From: Eledone cirrhosa
Taxonomy: Eukaryota
DNA length: 64,000 bases
Direction of reading: 5' to 3'
Assembly: GCA_964016885.1 (NCBI GenBank)
Contig: OZ024741.1
Location: forward strand, 113,274,001 to 113,338,000
Under the pieces are notes generated by a model, which worked only from the letters and a program-made list of their open reading frames with translations, did no database searches and had not been told where the DNA came from. The translations under genes were made by a program, and so were the position numbers. Below, piece after piece: positions 56,762 through 64,000 of the stretch. The first letter of the stretch is position 1. Every line of letters starts with the position of its first letter.

Positions 56762-57179
56762 ATATTTGACAAAAGTAAGAAAATGACTTCACTTGGAGTT
56801 GGTATTTATTTTATAACAATTTCATTTTACAATTTTATAATTTTGCTATGTAGATCTAAGTGCTTTGGTAACTTCGTTGGAAAGATTTTTTTTTAAATCC
56901 TGGTTAATTTTCTGGAGAACTTCTTTGCATTTGTCAGTGGCAATTGTCAAACTGATCTAATGTAATAAACCAACACATTAGAACTTTAGGTTAGTTTGAC
57001 AATCACCATAAAAGCAAAGAATGCAAAGAAGTTCTCCAGAAAGTTAACCAGAATTTAAAAAAAAAAGAATTTATTAACAAAGGACTTATTTGATCTACAT
57101 AGTAAAATTATAAAATCAAATTGTTATAGAATATGTACCAACCACAAGTGAAATTATTCTTTTCCTTTTTTCAAATATA
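56762..57179. repeat. Imperfect fold-back element (~190-bp arms, ~40-bp spacer); single-arm relative at 60160-60346
   Basis: TGGTTAATTTTCTGGAGAACTTCTTTGCAT pairs with ATGCAAAGAAGTTCTCCAGAAAGTTAACCA; ends TATATTTGA / TCAAATATA. Confidence 0.85.
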
Positions 57180-57197
57180 CCTAACTATACCAAAGAT

Positions 57198-57325
57198 CTT
57201 AGTGTTTAGGGCATTGCGCTTGCAATCGAAAGGTTGTGAGTTCAATTCTTGGACCGGGTGATGTGTTGTTTCCTTGAGCAAGATACTTTATTTCACATTG
57301 CTCCAGTTTACTCAGCTGTAGAAAT
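57198..57325 (+). mobile_element. CORE-like tRNA SINE head; related at 9310-9395, 10075-10170, 37480-37590 (-) and 60670-60790 (-)
   Basis: B box GAGTTCAATTC followed by TCCTTGAGCAAGATACTTTATTTCACATTGCTCCAG. Confidence 0.7.
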
Positions 57326-57649
57326 AAGATGATAGCACTGAGGTCCCTATTATTCCATTGCAAAGTGGTTGTGGAGGTGCCACGGCAAAAAAAGCACCCA
57401 GCCCACACTGTAAAGTGGATGTGTAGGCACCACGGAAAAAAAGAAAAGCACTCAGCACCCACTGTAAATGAGGTTGGTGTTAGGAAGAGCATCCAGCTGT
57501 AGAAATCAAGCCAGAATTAGTTCCCGTATGAGCAAGACAAGGTCAGCCGACTGGTCACTGCCCACAACAGGACAACTCGTCTAACCCATGCTAGCATGGA
57601 AGAACGGACGTAAAATGGTGATGATGATATATATATATGTATGGGTATA

Positions 57650-58380
57650 CAAGTTATCGTTATCAGTTACTCTAGTTTAAGAGTTAGAGTAACTCTTATC
57701 GAGGAATGTCTCAGTATACAGTGGTTTTTGACTCAACGAGACGGTTACATTAGGAGGTTGATCATAGGGTGATCCTTGGAGGATTCCGTAATCAATAATC
57801 CATGGAGTAGTTACAAATAGATAAAGATTTACACAGATTAGCAATATACTGTACGATAGAATTTATTTCAAGCATTTACATATGTTTCATTGGAGTCTCA
57901 GGAAGCCCATCTGGAAGCCTCTAATCCCAATAATCTATCGGGAAAAATCAAATTCAAATATCGTGAAAGATTTTTTAAAAACTCCTAGAACAACAAATTA
58001 TCATCAAAACAGAGTGACGACTTGTATTCTTTAGGACTTTATAAGATGGATAGGCCCAGTTTAGTCTAAAGAAGTTGGTATTTTAACCTGCAATTCTTCT
58101 CATTCCCAAATTTGAGATTAGGTTGTGATGAAGATCTGATAATGATATGCAGGTTTGTAGTATTATGTTGGTTAGCTGGTTGTGAAATTGATAGTGTGTT
58201 GTGTTTGTTATTAGAATTTATGCTAGGGTCTTGTGTATTATTATGCTTGGATATATGCTTTTTATTGAGCTTCTTTTTGTATACATCAAGATTCATCGTG
58301 GTTGAGTACGATAATCTGATGGTTTTCCTATTAAAAATGTTGTGGTAGTTGTTAGATTTAGGGAATTGTTTATCTGTGCA
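57650..58380 (-). mobile_element. Naiad-type Penelope-like element fragment (RT C-terminus/linker plus pLTR with HHR 3' half)
   Basis: ORF 58066-58386 DKQFPKSNNYHNIFNRKTIRLSYST..NCR resembles the Naiad-like HKIFNRNTxKxSYS motif. Downstream is T-GAA-ACATATGT-A-AATGCTTG then AATAAA (57863-57890). Confidence 0.75.
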
Positions 58381-58719
58381 GTGCACAATGCTGTATGGTA
58401 GTAGTGCAGCATGGGCTGCAACTGTAGGAGATATGCATAGTTTGAAGAGAAATGAAGCAACTCACTTTCATTGGATGTGTAATGTAAATGTGTAAGAAAA
58501 GCAGAGCTTGTATGAGCTGAGAAAGAAGCTGGACTTAAGGAGAATCCTAGATAGTGTGCAGGAGAGAAGACTGCATTAGTATGAACATGTGACCGATGGG
58601 TGAAGAAATGCCAAGTAATCTCAGTAGAAGGAAGCCACAATAGAGGACGACCAAGAAAGAACTGGGCAGGGGTTGTGACAATGGACCTCAAATCACTAAC
58701 ACTGAGAGAAGAGATGATG
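58381..58719 (+). mobile_element. RTE LINE 3' ORF fragment
   Basis: TMLYGS..ELREEAGL..VQERRLH..RGRPRKNW. Confidence 0.75.
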
Positions 58720-59135
58720 ATTGTTTCAGTATAAGTTTTTTACAAGTTGGGAGAATGTATCCGGGTTATGTAAAAGCCAACATATTTTTCTGTAAGAACA
58801 TATGCAGGTGGGTACTTATCAGTGGATGCCCGTCAAACATTGATATAATAAAAAATTCCTTACCGATGTCATTTTTTGTGTCAGCTAATCATCCCTCCAC
58901 GCATCATAATGACCGCCAAATTTGAAATTCTAGCAGTCTCAGAATGAGGAATTTCACAGCGTCACAAAGCGGAAAAGGGAGGCAATCGCGAAACACAAGA
59001 AAGTAAAATAATATACACGTGGGTGAATTAAATTTTTTCAACAATTTTAACCCTGCGTGTTAAGAACTCAATTAAATCTAAAAAAATTAAATGTATGCAT
59101 GTATTAATTATACACGCATATAGATATTTTCTTAG
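58720..59135 (-). mobile_element. Inverted partial copy of the 744-bp HHR unit (matches 56129-56553); core has a 7-bp deletion
   Basis: Near-identical reverse complement; reads CCACTGATAAGT where the intact copy has CCACTGATGATTTATAAGT, and stops at GAAACAAT. Confidence 0.93.
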
Positions 59136-59383
59136 AATAATATTTATGAGAGTAAGAAATAGGTTTTACTCATTAACCAGGTGTATTTTACCTCAATGCT
59201 ATGATGACTGAATCAAGCAGAGTCAACGTATAATTGTAATGATGTGACTAACCAATTTTAAAAGTTTAAGACATTTAATTACTGACAATTGTTTCTTCCT
59301 TATAATTTTTTACATTTCATTAAATATCGTTGATTATATAATAATTATTATTGATTATATATACTCTCTTTAACATTATAAAC

Positions 59384-59578
59384 AGGGCGGTGGATTGGCA
59401 GTATCGGTAGAGGGTCGGGCGCCATGCTTTGAAGCATAGAGTTACCTCCCTTTATGATCTGAGTTCAAATCCCGCCGAGGTTAACTTTGCCTTTCATCCT
59501 TATGGGGTCGATAAAATAAAGTACCAGTAATGCACTGGGATAATTGCTGGCCTGGTGCCAAAAGTAGAAACAATTATT
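59384..59578 (+). mobile_element. tRNA-derived Meta-like SINE, full length
   Basis: GGGCGGTGGATTGGCAGTATCGGTAGAG (A box), GAGTTCAAATCCCGCC (B box), conserved centre and ATT tail. Confidence 0.9.
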
Positions 59579-60109
59579 TATATATTTATTCCCCTCTTAC
59601 ACATATATCTTTTCTTATATACGGATAATTCTGCAGCAACTATTTTTGAATCTTGATTACATGTATGGAGCACCCAGCATGAATATGCATGGATTAAGTT
59701 CTATATCTTTATGTTCACATTTGAAAAGTTGCTGCTGTTTCAAAACATTATTTCACTTTAACCTTTAGTCGTTGTAACATTTAAACATATTTGACACCAT
59801 ATACTGTAAACTAACTAAACTCACTCGATATTATCCATTCTCTTTAAATGCTTCTTTTTGTCATGATATATTTTATTGATTGTTTATGGATTTAATAAAC
59901 TCTGAAGATTCCTATTGTCTGAGCTGACTAACAGCAGATTGTTAAATAATATAATTTGCTGTAAAATGTGCATTTTTATAGGAAGAAGCAATTGTCAGTA
60001 ATTACATGTCTTAAACTTCTAAAATTGGTTAGTCACTTCATTACAATTATATATGTATATATATATGTATATGTGTATATATATATATATGTATATGTAT
60101 GTATGTGTT

Positions 60110-60143
<34 letters not shown>

Positions 60144-60432
60144 GTTATATGTATATATACATTTGAATAAAGGAAAAGAATGACATCACCTGTAGTTCGC
60201 ATTCTATAATAATTTAGTTTTATAATTTTACAATTTTGTACTTTTATAATTGTGCCATGTAGAACTAATAAGTTCTTAGTGGAAAGATTTTTTTTTTTAA
60301 TCCTGGCTAACATTCAGGAGAACTTTCTTGCATTCGTCGGTGGCTATGTGTATGTATATATACATACATAGATATATAGTGGCAGAACACTGGTAGGCTA
60401 TATCCCCAGTAATAGATCACTCAGTCCACAGG

Positions 60433-60524
60433 TAGAAGTAGTTCCACAACAGTTAGTAAACCATTTCTGAGGACGATTTGTTTCACCTTAACGTGGTTTA
60501 CTAACTGTTGTGGAACTACTTCTA
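60433..60524. repeat. Perfect 31-bp hairpin with a 30-nt loop
   Basis: TAGAAGTAGTTCCACAACAGTTAGTAAACCA / TGGTTTACTAACTGTTGTGGAACTACTTCTA. Confidence 0.95.
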
Positions 60525-60786
60525 TATATATATATCAATAGTCGATCGACAAGATCCCAGTCCTCATTTGCTTAACAAGTGGGGTGGAGCTCGTTAAATC
60601 GGATCGAGGAAACAATGTTTCCATTGGTCTTTCCAATTGCTGATACCATCTGTCGGTCATAACTTCAGGCAGAGGAGCAGCATGAAGTAAAGTGTCTTGC
60701 TCAAGAACATAATGCATGGCCTGGTCTGGGAATCGAAATCACCTTGCGATTGTAAATACAATCTTCTAACCTTTCAGCCACTTGCC

Positions 60787-60841
<55 letters not shown>

Positions 60842-60846
<5 letters not shown>

Positions 60847-61890
60847 AATGAGTAGGACCCCAGTAGGTCCTACTCGTTCCTATTACCCACTCTATTACCC
60901 TAAGTATTGACTACTTTGGTGCGTTATGGTCCACTTGGTTCCTTACCACATTTCCTTCATTATCTAGCTCCTATTCCCGTAGTAGAGCACTTTCTGACCC
61001 TACCACGCCATATCCAGACTTTTCCGCTAAGCTCAATTTCTTTCACCCGCACCATGCGAAAACACAACATTGACTTCTCCACCAAGAACATCCCAGTTCC
61101 ACCGAAAAAACTTTACCTTCGGATGCTCACGCAAAAAATCGACCTCTTTGCGAAAAGACTTAGATGGAGAACTTTTTTCTACGACAGATATTGCGACAAT
61201 CAGGACTTCGGTACCAAGGAGAGATTCGGATTTAATACCTACAAATCTCCCCCTCCGAACCCTATGCTCTCACCCTTCGAGAATGACCTTTTCCAACTGG
61301 TCAAGAACATTAAATTCAAACCCAGACACAACCGATTCCTACAAAAACTCTGTAGCAACTTAACAGAGTATGATAACACCAATGACATCATGGTGCACTC
61401 GGATAAAACTGGTAACCTCTACTTCATCAACCCCGACAGATACCACACACTGATCAGGAGCAGCCTAAACTCCACCTATGAAAAGGCTAACCACTCTTGC
61501 ATCGAGGACATAAATCGAGTTGGACAACAAATTACCTCCAGCCTCGGGGTCGCCGACCGCACGGAACCCCTAGACCCACGGACACCCTACTTCATACTGA
61601 AGGACCACAAATCCGATTTCGACCGTAAACCTTCTATCAGGCTTATAAACCCAACGAAGTCCGACATAGGGAGAATCAGCAAAAATATCCTAGACTGCGT
61701 TATACCAAAAGTTAAGCAACACGCCAGACTTAGCCTATGGGTCAACACCCAGGAAGTTATCTCATGGTTCAGCAATATGGAGGACAAATGAAGAAGGGGT
61801 CCTACTCGTTCCTATTACCCACTCTACTACCCTAAGTATTGAGTACTTTGGTGCGTTATGGTCCACTTGGTTCCTTACCACATTTCCTTC

Positions 61891-61894
<4 letters not shown>
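60842..61894 (+). mobile_element. Naiad-type Penelope-like retroelement, partial, inserted in (TA)n
   Basis: ~97-bp direct repeats (60866-60963, 61798-61894) flank the ORF; 18-bp terminal inversion at 60842-60859; (TA)n on both sides. Confidence 0.85.
61054..61791 (+). CDS. N-terminal ~245 aa of a Naiad/Penelope-like reverse transcriptase ORF, truncated before the catalytic motifs
   Basis: FSTKNIP, KRLRWRTFF, FGFNT..PP..L.PFENDL, SDKTGNLY, YFILKDHK, RLINPTKSDIGRISK, W.NT.EVI.WF. The PLE DKT/DKG motif is present; the frame is uninterrupted. Confidence 0.85.
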   Translation: MRKHNIDFSTKNIPVPPKKLYLRMLTQKIDLFAKRLRWRTFFYDRYCDNQDFGTKERFGFNTYKSPPPNPMLSPFENDLFQLVKNIKFKPRHNRFLQKLCSNLTEYDNTNDIMVHSDKTGNLYFINPDRYHTLIRSSLNSTYEKANHSCIEDINRVGQQITSSLGVADRTEPLDPRTPYFILKDHKSDFDRKPSIRLINPTKSDIGRISKNILDCVIPKVKQHARLSLWVNTQEVISWFSNMEDK

Positions 61895-61923
<29 letters not shown>

Positions 61924-62077
61924 TGCCAAGACTGGAATTGAACCATCATCACAGTTGAGGTATGTCATACATCAATTTATATATTTTATACTGAAAAAAC
62001 AGCACAGTACCTCCGAAATATATATAATAAAATATATTTTGATTACGTTGAATGTCTATATTTATTAATATTTTGAA

Positions 62078-62125
<48 letters not shown>

Positions 62126-62126
<1 letters not shown>

Positions 62127-62316
62127 GGCGGTGGATTGGCAGTATCGGTAGAGGGTCGGACGCCATGCTTTGACGTATAGAGTTACGGCCCTTGCAATTC
62201 TGAGTTCAAATCCTGCCGAGGTTAACTTTGCCTTTCATCCTTACGGGGTCGATAAAATAAAGTACCAGTAATATACTGGGTCATTGCTGGCCTTGTGCCA
62301 AAAGTAGAAACAATTA
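62126..62316 (+). mobile_element. tRNA-derived Meta-like SINE, full length, in (TA)n
   Basis: Near-identical to 59384-59578. Confidence 0.9.
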
Positions 62317-62359
62317 TATATATATATATAATAGAATATAGTTTCCATTTATTTAATAT

Positions 62360-62392
<33 letters not shown>

Positions 62393-62602
62393 GCATAACA
62401 AGGTATCGTTTAAGGTAATCCAGCTAGAGGTTGTGAGTACTCTGTGTTGAGAATAGTTTTAACGTACAGCGTTGTTTGACTCAACAAGAAGTTTCCTTAG
62501 TCGGGTGGCCAGTTTAAGAAGGTTCCTAGGCAGGTGGTTCTTGGAGTAATAATAGTAAAAGAATGAAGAATAACATGGTCGTCTGTATAAAAAGGGTTTA
62601 TT

Positions 62603-62719
62603 CACAGTATTAACAATTGTTTTATTAATCAGGTGATTCTAAAAGCCTCTGATCGTTAGAAATTACGTCACTCGACCTTGATTACAGTGCTTGCCTGATC
62701 AAATCATCAGAATACTGTG
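62603..62719 (-). ncRNA. Type-I hammerhead motif with long stem II and a G12-to-A core mutation
   Basis: Minus strand: CACAGTATT-CTGATGA-T-TTGATCAGG..CCTGATTAA-T-AAA-ACAATTGT-T-AATACTGTG; 9-bp perfect stem I. Confidence 0.8.
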
Positions 62720-64000
62720 TAAAGAAATATATATAATGTATATATGAGTGTGTATGCACATATATATATATAAGAGGTGAGGTGATAAAGCAGACCTTGC
62801 CCAGTTGCACCTCTCAAAGACAATGACACAGGACCGTGACCTATGGCGTCATGCAGTAATACAGAAGATCCAACTTCCCATGGGAACAAGCCGAAGCTGA
62901 AACATATAGACAATATGCTCCCAACCCCTCCCACTGCAAAGTAGTCATGGAGGTGTCATGACAAAAAAGCACCCAGCCCACACTGTAAAGTGGTCGTGTA
63001 CGCACCACGGAAAAAAAGCACCCAGCACTCACTGTAAATGTGGTTGGTGTTAGGAAGGGCATCCAGATGTAGAAATTAAGCCAAAATCAGTTCCCGTATG
63101 AACAAGACAAGGACACTCGACCTGACATTGCCCACAACAGGACAACCCGTCTAACCCATGCTAGCATGGAAGATGGACGTAAAACAGTGATGATGATGAT
63201 GATGATGATATATATATATATATATGCATACACACTCATATATACATTATATATATTTCTTTACACACCTACAGAGACATATATTATTACATAGGAGGAT
63301 GAATTTAAACACTAAAACCCACACACCAACCAGAGGAATACAGTAACCACACATTATATACAATCACACATATTACATGCACTACATACAAGCAACACCA
63401 ACTCACAAATATAACTTTATTTATGAGTGATACATAAATAAAATAACGGTGGATTTTGCTAAAATGGTGCAGAAACCAGATATATATTTATTCAAACCTT
63501 ATCCTTAAACTTGTTTCGCAGACATAATTATGTTTTCGTCTGTGTTAACTGATAAAATATCTAATTTTTGTTTCTTTTACAAAGAACACGGAAGAATTTT
63601 TTAAAGCCATTACATAAATGGGTTATTTCGTATGTATCTTAAAATTGTTATATCATTTAAGATTGCTCCGATATACTCAAACATCACAATTTTGATTTTG
63701 TTTGGTTTTGTATTTCTTTCCAACGTCTGTTGGCAAACAAAATTTTTGTTTTCTTTTCCACCTATTCAGCAAAAAATGTTATTGTAAAAGTTAGAGTCAT
63801 CTCAGATTCAATTTGAGATATAATGAAAAGAAAATATTTATAGGCGCTAGCATAGCTATGTGATTAATGAGTTTGCTATGCAGCCATGTGGTTTTGGGTT
63901 CAAGTCATGCTGTACAGTAGCTCAGGCAAAGTGTATTCTGCAATGACTCATGAGTGAATTTCACTAGGCAGAAACTGTGGAAACAAGTCAAGCTTTTTTA

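Noticed and set aside
59384-59480. tRNA gene
   Set aside because: A and B boxes are present but spaced too far apart, with no acceptor stem, and it continues into a SINE body in many copies.
61789-61791. TGA as selenocysteine (some Naiad PLEs encode selenoproteins)
   Set aside because: Element homology ends a few bases later, no SECIS is visible, and the position is not evidently a conserved Cys. Untestable without full-length copies.
61985-62030. Hammerhead-like CTGAAAA..GAAATATATA
   Set aside because: No stem II; plausible by chance in AT-rich DNA.
63500-63550. Hammerhead on minus strand (CAGACGA..GAAACAAGTT)
   Set aside because: Core mutated and stems I and III poor; at most a decayed remnant.

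Overview
AT-rich, repeat-dominated eukaryotic (metazoan) DNA. The SINE, RTE and microsatellite complement looks like an octopus genome, but this is an inference. I can support only one host exon: a 274-bp internal exon of an M1-family aminopeptidase (ERAP/LNPEP/APN-like) at 27571-27844 (+), so the window is probably all intron of that gene. The rest is transposon debris: a disabled hAT element (1-4347), a Chapaev3-like element with TIRs and TTA TSD (16035-17772), a CR1 LINE inside a 41-bp minisatellite, many RTE LINE pieces, tRNA-derived SINEs, TTAA and TA MITEs, and Naiad-type Penelope-like (PLE) fragments. The most notable signal is a set of type-I hammerhead ribozyme (HHR) motifs from several sequence families. 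They share an 8-nt palindromic stem III, an unusual U10.1-U11.1 pair and often a very long stem II. One lies in a non-coding 744-nt tandem unit whose copies start and stop at the predicted cleavage site (retrozyme-like). Long fold-back palindromes cluster near these elements. Coordinates were read by eye; ends of degraded repeats are approximate.
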